DNA of 64,000 nt from Escherichia phage Ecwhy_1: the sequence record MH791411.1; one strand, 5' to 3'. Below the pieces are notes generated by a model, which was not told where the DNA came from, ran no database searches, and was given only the letters and a program-made list of their open reading frames with translations. Every line of letters starts with the position of its first letter. Positions within the stretch are counted from its first letter, which is position 1. Positions 1 through 8,753 of the stretch are shown here, one piece after another. The translations under genes and the position numbers were made by a program.

Positions 1-63
1 TTAACGCTGAAGTTTAAAAATGCCTTGACTTTTTTATGATTCAGTACTAAATCCTTTTACGCA

Positions 64-273
64 TTAATCCTTCGTTACGCTTACGATTATCTGTGTATCC
101 CCATAGTCCTGCCATACTTCCACGCCAGCCGTCGCCTTGGTTAGTCGTGCTGTCATCTGCTTAATGGTCTTAGGCTTTAGTGGAACCTGTTGCAGTACTG
201 TACGCATAGCACTATCGACGTTATCATGTACGCCTGCAATAGTGCCTAGAACGCTATATACTGTATAGATCAT
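64..273 (-). CDS. hypothetical small protein (69 aa)
   Basis: ORF; SD CAGGAG upstream of ATG. Confidence 0.55.
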   Translation of the reverse strand: MIYTVYSVLGTIAGVHDNVDSAMRTVLQQVPLKPKTIKQMTARLTKATAGVEVWQDYGDTQIIVSVTKD

Positions 274-341
274 GTGTATGTACTCCTGATATAGTTAAGG
301 CCGCTAGAGAGCGGCCTATGATGTTTGATGATGTGTAACGC

Positions 342-743
342 TTACAGTCCTAAGATAGTGCGTGCTTCGTTACGTTCCGTACACAGCTGCATGATGTGAG
401 CAAGTAAGTCCTTGCTAATGTATCCGGTGTTCATAGCTTCACGAATAGATACATCATAAGCACCGAACCCAGTGCGAACGATACGCACATCATTCAGGTT
501 AGTATTATAGATACCGCCGAGATCAACGGCTTCGAATACTACATCAACAGAATATTCATTGTTGCCATCGTGGAAGTTTTCCAGTGCAATAGTATTGGAA
601 ACCGCCCAACGTTTGCAGTTTCCAATGATGCGGCACTGTTCCGGTTGGATAGTGCCATTACTTACAGCGTACTCCAGTGCATCTTTACCAAAAGTCCGAG
701 CCAGTACTAAAACGTCAGCGAAGGAAGTGATTGAGAAGGTCAT
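342..743 (-). CDS. hypothetical protein (133 aa)
   Basis: Track ORF 342-806 trimmed to internal ATG preceded by SD AAGGAG; sigma70-like promoter + 5'UTR hairpin upstream. Confidence 0.6.
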   Translation of the reverse strand: MTFSITSFADVLVLARTFGKDALEYAVSNGTIQPEQCRIIGNCKRWAVSNTIALENFHDGNNEYSVDVVFEAVDLGGIYNTNLNDVRIVRTGFGAYDVSIREAMNTGYISKDLLAHIMQLCTERNEARTILGL

Positions 744-828
744 GATAAAACTCCTTAATTTAGGAGGGAGAACCATTTCCCCCTCTCTATGTAAAACATT
801 ATACATGAATCTAAGTACTATGCAAGTA

Positions 829-1164
829 CTATTTCATTTTAATACCTGGATTCAGGTAGCGGTGAGATCCATATTCTGGATCGGTTTCGGTCCAGTACTG
901 TAAATCTATAGTACCTTTAGCGTTAATCTTATCTACCAGCTTATTCATCTTAGCGTATACTACATCAGCATCGATGCGTTTAAAGCCAGTGGCTTTAGTG
1001 AAGTAGTAGTGATTTGCTTCACTATCATTCAGGATGTACCGAGAACCGTCAGCCGTTTGTGCGACAATGAATGAGAATGATACTTTACGATCAAGGCCGT
1101 CGCAGTATACAGATGAATCATTGGTACGGATGAAAGCTTTAACGATAGCGATTGAAGTAGTCAT
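829..1164 (-). CDS. hypothetical protein (111 aa)
   Basis: ORF; SD AGGAG. Confidence 0.6.
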   Translation of the reverse strand: MTTSIAIVKAFIRTNDSSVYCDGLDRKVSFSFIVAQTADGSRYILNDSEANHYYFTKATGFKRIDADVVYAKMNKLVDKINAKGTIDLQYWTETDPEYGSHRYLNPGIKMK

Positions 1165-1314
1165 TTTGAATCTCCTAACTTTGTGGGCCGTCGCACCATT
1201 GCCGCCCTACGAGATACATTATTGCAGTACTGATATACTTTGTCAATACTTTTTTATTAATAGTTTTAGTTCCACCAGCAGATAGTTACTCACCGTTATT
1301 AACTATATATTTTG

Positions 1315-1400
1315 GATACACTTATGCACCCTGTGGGCTAGTTTTTGTCTATGCGTATATAATAGCAAAGGGACTGACCTGAGTCAATCCCTTTTTTTAT
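1315..1400 (-). repeat. repeated terminator-promoter-leader module (copies also at about 4065-4160, 7340-7430, 11345-11440)
   Basis: GATACACTTATGCACCCTGTGGGC..TATATAATAGCAAAGGGACTGACCGGAGTCAATCCCTTTTT. Confidence 0.55.
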
Positions 1401-1409
1401 TCTTTTTTG

Positions 1410-1610
1410 TTAGATGATTCTCCAATCATCAACGATCATGGTAAGATACCGAACCAGTGATTCGAGTGATTCGTGTTCTCGATAGTCTGACGCACCGCCA
1501 GCGGTACAAGTACAGCCGATTAAGCCGTTTTGCAATTCCTTAATCTGTACATCGATAAGGTTGGCTTTAGCTTCTTTCAGTACTTCAACCAGGGCGATAG
1601 CGATAGACAT
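1410..1610 (-). CDS. hypothetical small protein (66 aa)
   Basis: ORF; SD GGAG; promoter TTG..TATAAT + hairpin GGGGGAATAGTTCTCCC upstream. Confidence 0.55.
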   Translation of the reverse strand: MSIAIALVEVLKEAKANLIDVQIKELQNGLIGCTCTAGGASDYREHESLESLVRYLTMIVDDWRII

Positions 1611-1700
1611 AATGTTTTACTCCAAACTATTGGCGGGAGAACTATTCCCCCGCTCTATGTAAAACATTATACATTACTGGTTAGTACTGTCAAATAGTTT

Positions 1701-1958
1701 TTATGAAATATCTTCGATGTAGTCGGCCCATTTCATTTTTTCAGTACTGTCAATGGCTACCGGATTATTTGGATCAAACCATTCACCATTACCGCAATAC
1801 ATACCAACGGCTACGGTTTTATAGCCATCCTGGGCCGTACACCACGACATTGCACGATAGATATGGCCTTTAACTGGTTGTAGTACTGGTAACGTTTTAT
1901 GGTCTTCTACGTAGGCCATCGCTTGATGATTTACCCGATATTGTGTGAACTGTTCCAT
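1701..1958 (-). CDS. hypothetical protein (85 aa)
   Basis: ORF; SD AAGGGGAAAC; TTGACA-N17-TGTAAT upstream. Confidence 0.6.
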   Translation of the reverse strand: MEQFTQYRVNHQAMAYVEDHKTLPVLQPVKGHIYRAMSWCTAQDGYKTVAVGMYCGNGEWFDPNNPVAIDSTEKMKWADYIEDIS

Positions 1959-2034
1959 TATGTTTCCCCTTGTAGTTAGTAAAGTTATTACATCAGTACT
2001 ATCAAGCTATGTCAATAGTACTGAAATAAAACTT

Positions 2035-2259
2035 TTAGATTAGATTATTGAGGCCGTCAATGGTAGACTCACTTTCTTCTTTCTCCCATTGTCGGTAGTA
2101 CTTCCATGCTTCATGATAGGTGGCGATTAGTTCATCTTTTTGATCCTGGTTACATGCCAGTACTGAATCACGGTGAGCGGTGTTATAGATAGAATCGAAT
2201 GATTTCTTCTCTTCTGCCAGGTTAGCTACTTCCCGCATCAGTTCATCAAAGTTAGCCAT
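2035..2259 (-). CDS. hypothetical protein (74 aa)
   Basis: ORF; SD AAAGGAG; TTGCAT-N17-TATAAT then perfect hairpin GGGGGAGATATCCTCCCCC. Confidence 0.6.
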   Translation of the reverse strand: MANFDELMREVANLAEEKKSFDSIYNTAHRDSVLACNQDQKDELIATYHEAWKYYRQWEKEESESTIDGLNNLI

Positions 2260-2326
2260 TTTATTACTCCTTTTAGTGGGGGAGGATATCTCCCCCTATG
2301 CAAAACATTATACTTTGTTTTAGTTA

Positions 2327-2590
2327 TTATGCAAGTACTTTTTTCATATAAACATTAAATTCTACACCGCCGTAACCTTCCACGATGATATGTTTTGCGT
2401 TATCACGTTTGCACATAGTGAAACCATCGTTTACGTGTTTTGCATTTTCCAGGGCGACATCACCGATAGCGGCACATACGGCACTAATAACAGTATTCCG
2501 CAAAGTACTGGTATCATTGGCGGTCATAGTAGTTTGCAGTACTACGTTGTCGTATACGTGTGCATTGATAGTGATTTCGATAGTGTTCAT
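2327..2590 (-). CDS. hypothetical protein (87 aa)
   Basis: Track ORF trimmed to MNTIEI start with SD CAGGAG; promoter+hairpin upstream. Confidence 0.6.
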   Translation of the reverse strand: MNTIEITINAHVYDNVVLQTTMTANDTSTLRNTVISAVCAAIGDVALENAKHVNDGFTMCKRDNAKHIIVEGYGGVEFNVYMKKVLA

Positions 2591-2677
2591 GGTGTATCTC
2601 CTGGACTTGAGGGGAAACCATTTCCCCCTCTCGATATAAAACATTATACGTTAATCTAACTACAATGCAAGTACTTT

Positions 2678-2869
2678 TTAAATTTTATTTCCGATATAGT
2701 CCGGCATGTTCTTTTCAGTCATACGCTTTGCTAATGTCTGCATATGGCTTATAGCGTTCAAGGTGTCTTCCTCCAGGGATGAATCGAGATAATCAGGATC
2801 ATTCTTCACCTTGCAATGATTATGATAGCGTAGTACTGCCAGTACTTTTTTAACTTCTTCTACTGTCAT
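2678..2869 (-). CDS. hypothetical small protein (63 aa)
   Basis: ORF; 4-nt overlap with upstream gene suggests coupling. Confidence 0.5.
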   Translation of the reverse strand: MTVEEVKKVLAVLRYHNHCKVKNDPDYLDSSLEEDTLNAISHMQTLAKRMTEKNMPDYIGNKI

Positions 2870-3138
2870 AATAAGTACCCCACTTCGTTAGCTTTCAGGT
2901 TAGTATCAATCATCAGTGGATTTTTGTAGTTCACAAAACGAGTAGTTTTCTCGATAGCGAATCCCATATAATCCAGCTTACTAACAGTACATTCATTCTT
3001 AAAAACTTCTTTCGCTGCATCGATGGCTGATTGCATGGATAACCGACCATCTAAATTAATGTTTCCAAATGATCCACCAGCAGAAGTAGGATTACCGTTC
3101 ATATCTTTAATGATCATAGTAGCGGAGTAGCTGGACAT
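2866..3138 (-). CDS. hypothetical protein (90 aa)
   Basis: ORF; SD AAAGGAAAC; TTGACA-N17-TATAAT + hairpin GGGGAGAACTATTCTCCCC upstream. Confidence 0.6.
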   Translation of the reverse strand: MSSYSATMIIKDMNGNPTSAGGSFGNINLDGRLSMQSAIDAAKEVFKNECTVSKLDYMGFAIEKTTRFVNYKNPLMIDTNLKANEVGYLL

Positions 3139-3163
3139 AATTTTGTTTCCTTTTATTGGTGTG

Positions 3164-3182
3164 GGGAGAACTATTCTCCCCT
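3164..3182 (-). promoter_or_regulatory. 5'UTR hairpin GGGGAGAA-CTA-TTCTCCCC (example of recurring G-rich leader hairpins)
   Basis: Perfect 8-bp inverted repeat between -10 and SD; no T-run after it on the transcribed strand. Confidence 0.55.
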
Positions 3183-3193
3183 TGATGTAAACT

Positions 3194-3222
3194 ATTATAC
3201 AGTACTAAAATACTTTGTCAAA
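3194..3222 (-). promoter_or_regulatory. sigma70-like promoter TTGACA-N17-TATAAT (example of about 40 similar units)
   Basis: Reverse strand reads TTGACAAAGTATTTTAGTACTGTATAAT; AGTACT in spacer. Confidence 0.6.
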
Positions 3223-3227
3223 TACTT

Positions 3228-3635
3228 TTATTCGCCCATATAGATTAGATTATCATCGCCTACATAGGGATCGCAAACGTTGATTTCTTCACAGTACTTC
3301 GTGAATACATCGCCATAGTGACCTAAACCACGATCCCAAAAACCAGTTCCGTGACCTTCGCGGGTAAGGAACAGATCATGACCAGCTTGCTCATAACCGT
3401 AATCAATAAACATACCGCGAACTACTTCCAGATCATTACCGTGTTTCTCAATGAAGCGAGAACATGCAATCACCGCCGCTTGACGTGCTTCATCAGATAA
3501 CTCATAATCTTCCAGGTAATCGCCGTTATCATTATGTACAGTACTGAATTGCATAGCTTCAATGTAAGCTACAACCATTGCAGCATGATTTTTATCGTTA
3601 GTGATGTTCCGAGCGAGATTAGTAGTAGTAGACAT
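3228..3635 (-). CDS. hypothetical protein (135 aa)
   Basis: ORF; SD AAGGAATAAAATC; promoter+hairpin upstream. Confidence 0.6.
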   Translation of the reverse strand: MSTTTNLARNITNDKNHAAMVVAYIEAMQFSTVHNDNGDYLEDYELSDEARQAAVIACSRFIEKHGNDLEVVRGMFIDYGYEQAGHDLFLTREGHGTGFWDRGLGHYGDVFTKYCEEINVCDPYVGDDNLIYMGE

Positions 3636-3718
3636 GATTTTATTCCTTATTGTATTGGGGAGAACTATTCTCCCCTTGATGTAAACTATTATACAGTACT
3701 GATATACTTTGTCAATAC

Positions 3719-3940
3719 TTAATTACGTTTAAAATGATATGTGCCTTTATCATCCTGTACGCCCCATACTGATTTACCATCAACACCAGTGAAGCCGGAT
3801 TGTAATTCAATATGGAAACCATTATTATCAACTACAAAAACTTTTTTATTTTCATCCCGATAACATTGATATTCTGAATCAACATTAAAGGCCGCATCAT
3901 TCAGACGATTGGAAGCGTAAATGCAAGTCATTGTAGTCAT
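3719..3940 (-). CDS. hypothetical protein (73 aa)
   Basis: Track ORF trimmed to MTTMTC start; promoter+hairpin upstream. Confidence 0.55.
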   Translation of the reverse strand: MTTMTCIYASNRLNDAAFNVDSEYQCYRDENKKVFVVDNNGFHIELQSGFTGVDGKSVWGVQDDKGTYHFKRN

Positions 3941-4164
3941 GATTTTATTCCTTAATATACCAGGGAGAACCATTCCCCCTCTCGATATAAAACATTATAC
4001 TTGATTCTAAGTACAATGCAAGTACTTTTTTAAAAATAGTTTTCAGTACTGAATACTTATATAATAGATACACTTCCGCACCCTATGGGTCAGTGAGTTA
4101 TCTCTCAATGGATATATAATAGCAAAGGGACTGACCGGAGTCAATCCCTTTTTTTAATCTTTTT

Positions 4165-4749
4165 TTATCGTGTTACCTTACTTGCTGCCACATCACGCTT
4201 TTTATAGTACTGATTCCAGATATTGCTGGTTAAACCGTAATCAAGTACTTTAATAAGTCCATTACGATCCTGGCCGATATTCTGTTTTCTGATATCTCTT
4301 ATCGTTAGTGTTGATAATGTATCATCAACGTGTTGTAGTGCATCAGCAAAGCGGTGCTGGCGTTCGATTGCATTACGTTTAATATTGTACTTTAATTCAT
4401 TGCACGCGTTTACGTGCTTCACACTGCCTTTGCTTGCAGTACTCAACCGATCCATAACGATAAACATATTATCAGGATCGCATAAATGCATATGCACCTT
4501 TGCAAAGTACTGTTTCAATTGAGGGCGGTCATAGTCTAAAAAATTCCATACCTTACATTCAGTTTCATTTTGTTCTACACCCGCATCACAATTCGCGACC
4601 TTAATCACTAACCGATCATTTAAAGCGAAAACTATACGGGAAGAACCAGCACCGATGATCTCCAGGCCAGCTAACCGACAAGCTGAAAGGATCTCTTTGT
4701 TGGTTTCCATTTCTGACAGTGTACGGATGAATTTAGTATAATTACGCAT
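4165..4749 (-). CDS. protein kinase-like protein (194 aa)
   Basis: Trimmed to MRNYTKF start with SD AAGGAG; motifs IGAGSSRIV (Gly loop), VIKV (Lys), DIRKQN (catalytic-loop-like), DYG (DFG-like). Confidence 0.5.
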   Translation of the reverse strand: MRNYTKFIRTLSEMETNKEILSACRLAGLEIIGAGSSRIVFALNDRLVIKVANCDAGVEQNETECKVWNFLDYDRPQLKQYFAKVHMHLCDPDNMFIVMDRLSTASKGSVKHVNACNELKYNIKRNAIERQHRFADALQHVDDTLSTLTIRDIRKQNIGQDRNGLIKVLDYGLTSNIWNQYYKKRDVAASKVTR

Positions 4750-4780
4750 TGCATGTTCTCCTTGAGTTAATGAAACTATA

Positions 4781-5023
4781 TTACAGTACTTTACTATCAA
4801 TGGCAACTACTTTTTTAACATTAACGGCGTGGATCACTTCCTTCGTGTTTTTAGTACTGAATACTTTCGCCGCTCCTTGTTCGACCGTGATACGATAGCG
4901 ACCATTAACATCAACCATATTAATAAAGTCCGGCGTGCTGAATGGTGTTGTTTTACATTTGAGTACTGTTAACAGTTCCACCAGCGATGTAGTTTCTTTG
5001 ATACGTTTTTCTAAAGTAATCAT
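4781..5023 (-). CDS. hypothetical protein (80 aa)
   Basis: Trimmed to MITLEK start; TTGACA-N17-TACTAT and SD GGGGGAAAC upstream. Confidence 0.55.
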   Translation of the reverse strand: MITLEKRIKETTSLVELLTVLKCKTTPFSTPDFINMVDVNGRYRITVEQGAAKVFSTKNTKEVIHAVNVKKVVAIDSKVL

Positions 5024-5080
5024 TTTGTTTCCCCCGTGTTGGTATGTACATATAGTACTAAAACATTTGAGTACTGTCAA

Positions 5081-5299
5081 TTAGATAATATTATATTTCT
5101 TAAAATAAAATGCGTCCTGTGTTGGTTGATACTCGATACCGTTACCGTTATTGACTTCAACTAATAAACCTTTGTCAATTAGTTTTTTAATAGTACGATA
5201 CCCTTGTTGAAAATTGGTAAAATGTGAATCATTACGAAAGGTATAACCGTGCTTAACTGCTTCATCAATAGTTTTCTTTTCGATTTTAGATAATTTCAT
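5081..5299 (-). CDS. hypothetical protein (72 aa)
   Basis: Trimmed to MKLSKI start; promoter/leader near-identical to that of 4781-5023. Confidence 0.55.
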   Translation of the reverse strand: MKLSKIEKKTIDEAVKHGYTFRNDSHFTNFQQGYRTIKKLIDKGLLVEVNNGNGIEYQPTQDAFYFKKYNII

Positions 5300-5352
5300 T
5301 TTGTTTCTCCCGTGTTGGTATGTGTACATAGTACTAAAACAATTGAGTACTG

Positions 5353-5607
5353 TCAACGTGATATTAGTTTTATTTTCTTATTGTATTGTTGATGCTCATA
5401 AAGGTTTATCTTTCCTGTGTTCTCGATTACTATCCTGTTGTTAGTGTCCACGTCGATTACACGCAGTTTCCCGTTGCTTAACTTCCTAGGTAATAGGTTA
5501 CCATTAATAAACTCATTAGCAAGCTGTACGGCCTTTGTGATGATTCTCTGAGGTGCTTTATAGTGTACCCGTAAGATGTTATCTTTATATAGTTGAACCT
5601 TAATCAT
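5353..5607 (-). CDS. hypothetical protein (84 aa)
   Basis: ORF; SD AGGA; follows an intrinsic terminator. Confidence 0.55.
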   Translation of the reverse strand: MIKVQLYKDNILRVHYKAPQRIITKAVQLANEFINGNLLPRKLSNGKLRVIDVDTNNRIVIENTGKINLYEHQQYNKKIKLISR

Positions 5608-5620
5608 TTTGTTTGTCCTA

Positions 5621-5647
5621 TAAAAAAGGCGGGAACTGATCCCGCCG
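5621..5647 (-). terminator. intrinsic terminator
   Basis: Hairpin GGCGGGATCAGTTCCCGCC + TTTTTTAT on - strand. Confidence 0.6.
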
Positions 5648-5668
5648 TGTTGTTAGTACTGCAAGTTA

Positions 5669-6064
5669 TTAGATAACCTGGCGGCGTTTACTGTATACTG
5701 TTACACGATTACCCTTACGATCATGTCGGATCTCTTTCTGGTTGCGAATCAGTTCACTTGGACGCTTAAGGTTTGCCAGGTGATCCGCGTGAGTCCATGC
5801 GGTGTGGTTTACCTGTACTTTGATATCAGAATCAGCGATAAACTCATCTTGTGCGTCAAGTATTGCCGCCAGCATATCCGCTCGTTTTAGTTCTGCTGCT
5901 GTCAGTACTGGCTCAGGTGAATTCACAATATCAGAGATTTCTTTGAACTGTACGGCCCAGCGTTGACCTTTCGTTGCATCTTTGCCCATGTCTTTAAATG
6001 CTGCTCCTTCCTCGCGTGCAACAATACGGGCAGCTTCACGGGTAGCGTAGAATTTAGTAATCAT
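5669..6064 (-). CDS. hypothetical protein (131 aa), paralog of 19079-19345
   Basis: ORF; shared motifs KFYATREAARIVAR..FKDMG and DRKGNRVTVY; TTGACA-N17-TATAAT upstream. Confidence 0.6.
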   Translation of the reverse strand: MITKFYATREAARIVAREEGAAFKDMGKDATKGQRWAVQFKEISDIVNSPEPVLTAAELKRADMLAAILDAQDEFIADSDIKVQVNHTAWTHADHLANLKRPSELIRNQKEIRHDRKGNRVTVYSKRRQVI

Positions 6065-6159
6065 GGTATACATCCTATTAGTTGAGTTAGTACTACAAGT
6101 TAGAGTCTATTATAAAGTACTATCTGGGCAATGTCAAATAGTACTTTAAATGGATTCTA

Positions 6160-6483
6160 TTACATGTCTTTCTTACGTTTTACATCGTGGTAGCGAACTG
6201 TTATTTCTTTGTTGATCTCTTCCTCGATGCGATGAATAACTTTTTCTTTCGGGTTGAAACCTATAACGGTTTCTTTAATGATCTCCAAGCCCGTGTATTC
6301 GCCTTGTGTACCGTAACCGTATGTAAAGGTTTCGTGTCCCAGGTCTTCCCAGCGGTCGCCAATTAACGCAGACACGTAGCAAGAGTGGTAAGTATTGCCG
6401 TGTGAATCAGTCCACCGATTAACGTTAATGTCAAAGGAGGTTACAATTTTCAATTCTACTTTCTGGGCAAGGATCATAGCCAT
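6160..6483 (-). CDS. hypothetical protein (107 aa), paralog of 13003-13326
   Basis: ORF; shared motif RWTDSHGNTYHSC..FTYGY; promoter+hairpin upstream. Confidence 0.6.
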   Translation of the reverse strand: MAMILAQKVELKIVTSFDINVNRWTDSHGNTYHSCYVSALIGDRWEDLGHETFTYGYGTQGEYTGLEIIKETVIGFNPKEKVIHRIEEEINKEITVRYHDVKRKKDM

Positions 6484-6570
6484 TTTTATTTCTCTCTCTT
6501 TGTTAGGAGGGGAACCATTCCCCTCGCTTGATGTAAACTATTATACAGTACTAAGATACTTTGTCAATAC

Positions 6571-6753
6571 TTATTTTTTGGAAAGTTTACGCATTAATTC
6601 TACGCTTTCTTGTGAACGTTTTGCTACCTGGCAAGCTGTATGGGCAGTAAACATTTTTGTATAGTCTGACGCTTTGCCACCGAACCGAGCGGCACGTTCA
6701 CGGGCACTTGGAACTAATACTATTTCTTTATTACAGATAGTGCACTTAGCCAT
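6571..6753 (-). CDS. hypothetical small protein (60 aa)
   Basis: Trimmed to MAKCTICNKE start; promoter/leader duplicated from the 6160-6483 gene. Confidence 0.5.
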   Translation of the reverse strand: MAKCTICNKEIVLVPSARERAARFGGKASDYTKMFTAHTACQVAKRSQESVELMRKLSKK

Positions 6754-6841
6754 TTTTATTTCTCTCTCTTTGTTAGGAGGGGAACCGTTTCCCCTCACTT
6801 GATGTAAACTATTATACAGTACTAAGATACTTTGTCAATAC

Positions 6842-7117
6842 TTAAGTATTGTAAATGTCGTGAATAGTGATAAAGTTTTTACGACCGTAAACATGTAAAT
6901 CAGTATCAATGTAGTGCTTATCAAGTACATCCTCGACGCTTAAAGACGTGTCGTGAATATCTTCATAAAATTGTGGATCAACAATCGTGCTTAAGTCATC
7001 TGGCGTTAACTTATCGTTAAGGCATTGAACCGCCTGGATATCTGCTTCACGTTTCCATTGTTCCAGATTAGTAGTCAGTACTTGCTCGATTTCGTTAGCT
7101 GTAAGTAAAGTCCGCAT
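6842..7117 (-). CDS. hypothetical protein (91 aa)
   Basis: ORF; SD AAGGAAAC; tandem promoters with long conserved leader upstream. Confidence 0.6.
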   Translation of the reverse strand: MRTLLTANEIEQVLTTNLEQWKREADIQAVQCLNDKLTPDDLSTIVDPQFYEDIHDTSLSVEDVLDKHYIDTDLHVYGRKNFITIHDIYNT

Positions 7118-7185
7118 TTTAATGTTTCCTTATCAGTGGTTGATGTAAGTATTATACTCGTTTACTTTCTATTGTCAAACTATTT

Positions 7186-7262
7186 TATCAGGGGAGTTTT
7201 TCGTATGTCTTACTCCTGGACTACTTAACGGGGTTACTTATTTCGTTCCCCGTCCTGATGTA
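7186..7262 (-). promoter_or_regulatory. conserved ~75-nt structured leader, copy 1
   Basis: Near-identical to 18400-18478, related to 14990-15060. Confidence 0.5.
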
Positions 7263-7432
7263 AAACATTATACTTGATTCTAAGTACAATGCAAGTACTT
7301 TTTTAAAAATAGTTTTCAGTACTAGCCACCAGCAAACAATAGATACATTTATGCACCCTGTGGGCTAATTTGTTTCTATGCGTATATAATAGCAAAGGGA
7401 CTGACCGGAGTCAATCCCTTTTTCAAATATTT

Positions 7433-7582
7433 TTAAACTTCTTTCGGGTTGCGATATGTGATAGCGTTCGGGTACATTTGTTTAATGTTATTCCATGCCT
7501 GGTTAACATTATAACCACTTGATCGAATCAGTTGGTTATTACCGACACCTTGAAACACTACTTCAAATAAGAATTCTTTCAT
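7433..7582 (-). CDS. hypothetical small protein (49 aa, not in ORF track)
   Basis: ATG overlaps stop of upstream gene (ATGA); SD GAGG. Confidence 0.35.
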   Translation of the reverse strand: MKEFLFEVVFQGVGNNQLIRSSGYNVNQAWNNIKQMYPNAITYRNPKEV

Positions 7583-7752
7583 GCTTTCACCTCTCGATCT
7601 GCTTTGCCTTTACGCCAGGCCGTTGCTAATTGTTCGCGTTGCCATAAGTCGAGTGATACGTAAAGTTTTGCATTATCACCCTTCGGATATTCGCCAGTAG
7701 TACCAATCCGATAAAACAGATCTTTCAGTACTGTTAATTCTACCTGGACCAT
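7579..7752 (-). CDS. hypothetical small protein (57 aa)
   Basis: Trimmed to MVQVEL start; promoter+hairpin upstream. Confidence 0.5.
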   Translation of the reverse strand: MVQVELTVLKDLFYRIGTTGEYPKGDNAKLYVSLDLWQREQLATAWRKGKADREVKA

Positions 7753-7839
7753 TATACTTTCCTCTTTGTTAGGAGGGGAACTATTCCCCTTCCGATATAA
7801 AACATTATACACTTTATTCAGTACTGTGCAAGTACTTTT

Positions 7840-8052
7840 TTAATCTTTCAGCCAATGATCCTGAATGAATTTTTCACCGGAACCTTGCTGCATTGATTGT
7901 AACAGACGTTCGCGATGAGCGGCGGCGAATTGCTCAGTACTATGCGTTACACCTGGTTGATATCTGGATTCACCATTTGGGGCGATGTATTGTACATCCC
8001 ACGGTTTTTCGTTAGTATCAGACCATTTACGAACGATTAGTTGACCTTGCAT
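7840..8052 (-). CDS. hypothetical protein (70 aa)
   Basis: ORF; SD AAGAGGAAAG; promoter + hairpin GGGGAGAATCATTTCTCCCC. Confidence 0.6.
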   Translation of the reverse strand: MQGQLIVRKWSDTNEKPWDVQYIAPNGESRYQPGVTHSTEQFAAAHRERLLQSMQQGSGEKFIQDHWLKD

Positions 8053-8135
8053 TTTTCTTTCCTCTTAGTGGGGAGAATCATTTCTCCCCTTCATGTAAAC
8101 TATTATACAGTACTGGATTGCATTGTCAATAGTTT

Positions 8136-8459
8136 TTATTCACCTTGTTTGAATATAGTTTTCTCCATTGATTCCATGATTGCAACCAATACAGCATGGA
8201 TCTCACTTAACGCGGCATCACTAAAAGCATTAATGAATAGGCAATCATTCTCGCGAATATTTTTAATGTACTTATCAGCAGTGGTTGCGAATTCATTCAA
8301 CGGCAGATCAAATGCTTTATCCCATAATGGATGGCGTAACTGTAACAGTACTGGATTATCACGATCACCAGGGGAAAACGTACCAGTGATGAAACATACG
8401 CCCGGAATACTTTCGAACTGGCAACGGACTTCCTTTGTGATAGTAGTATGAATGTACAT
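8136..8459 (-). CDS. hypothetical protein (107 aa)
   Basis: ORF; SD AGAGGATAAC. Confidence 0.55.
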   Translation of the reverse strand: MYIHTTITKEVRCQFESIPGVCFITGTFSPGDRDNPVLLQLRHPLWDKAFDLPLNEFATTADKYIKNIRENDCLFINAFSDAALSEIHAVLVAIMESMEKTIFKQGE

Positions 8460-8486
8460 TTATTGTTATCCTCTATTAAATTAATA

Positions 8487-8675
8487 TTACAGTTTATGAA
8501 TTAATTCTTTATCTAAGCGATAGCGTACATTATTAATGGTAACAGCATTATTTTTAATGCTACGCTGTACGGGTCCACCAGCAATAACAAACGTTGCTTT
8601 ATTGCCCCGAACAATGATAGCACTTCCAGGATTACCGAAATCATCTTGTACTAAAATACTTGATAAGTTTTCCAT
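8487..8675 (-). CDS. hypothetical small protein (62 aa)
   Basis: ORF; SD AAGAGGAAAT; promoter+hairpin upstream. Confidence 0.55.
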   Translation of the reverse strand: MENLSSILVQDDFGNPGSAIIVRGNKATFVIAGGPVQRSIKNNAVTINNVRYRLDKELIHKL

Positions 8676-8753
8676 TTTTATTTCCTCTTAGTAGGGGAAG
8701 ATGTTTCCCCTTGATGCAAGTACTATAACAGTACTGAAAACTAAATGCAAGTA

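Noticed and set aside
342-806. N-terminal extensions of many track ORFs beginning MYNVLHREG, MFYIERGK, MVLPG or MTVLKCFST
   Set aside because: These recurring peptides are translations of the conserved promoter (-10 ATGTATAATGTTTTACAT) and G-rich hairpin; the true start is the downstream ATG preceded by an SD.
559-903. Plus-strand track ORFs lying inside or across leftward genes (559-903, 1034-1285, 2385-2659, 3534-3722, 6395-6664, 8041-8451, 8701-8955, 9033-9326, 11625-11955, 13356-13595, 14004-14240, 14448-14735, 16577-16765, 19125-19376, 19692-19979, 20145-20342)
   Set aside because: They overlap better-supported - strand genes, lack SD sites, and several are translations of the promoter/hairpin modules on the wrong strand.
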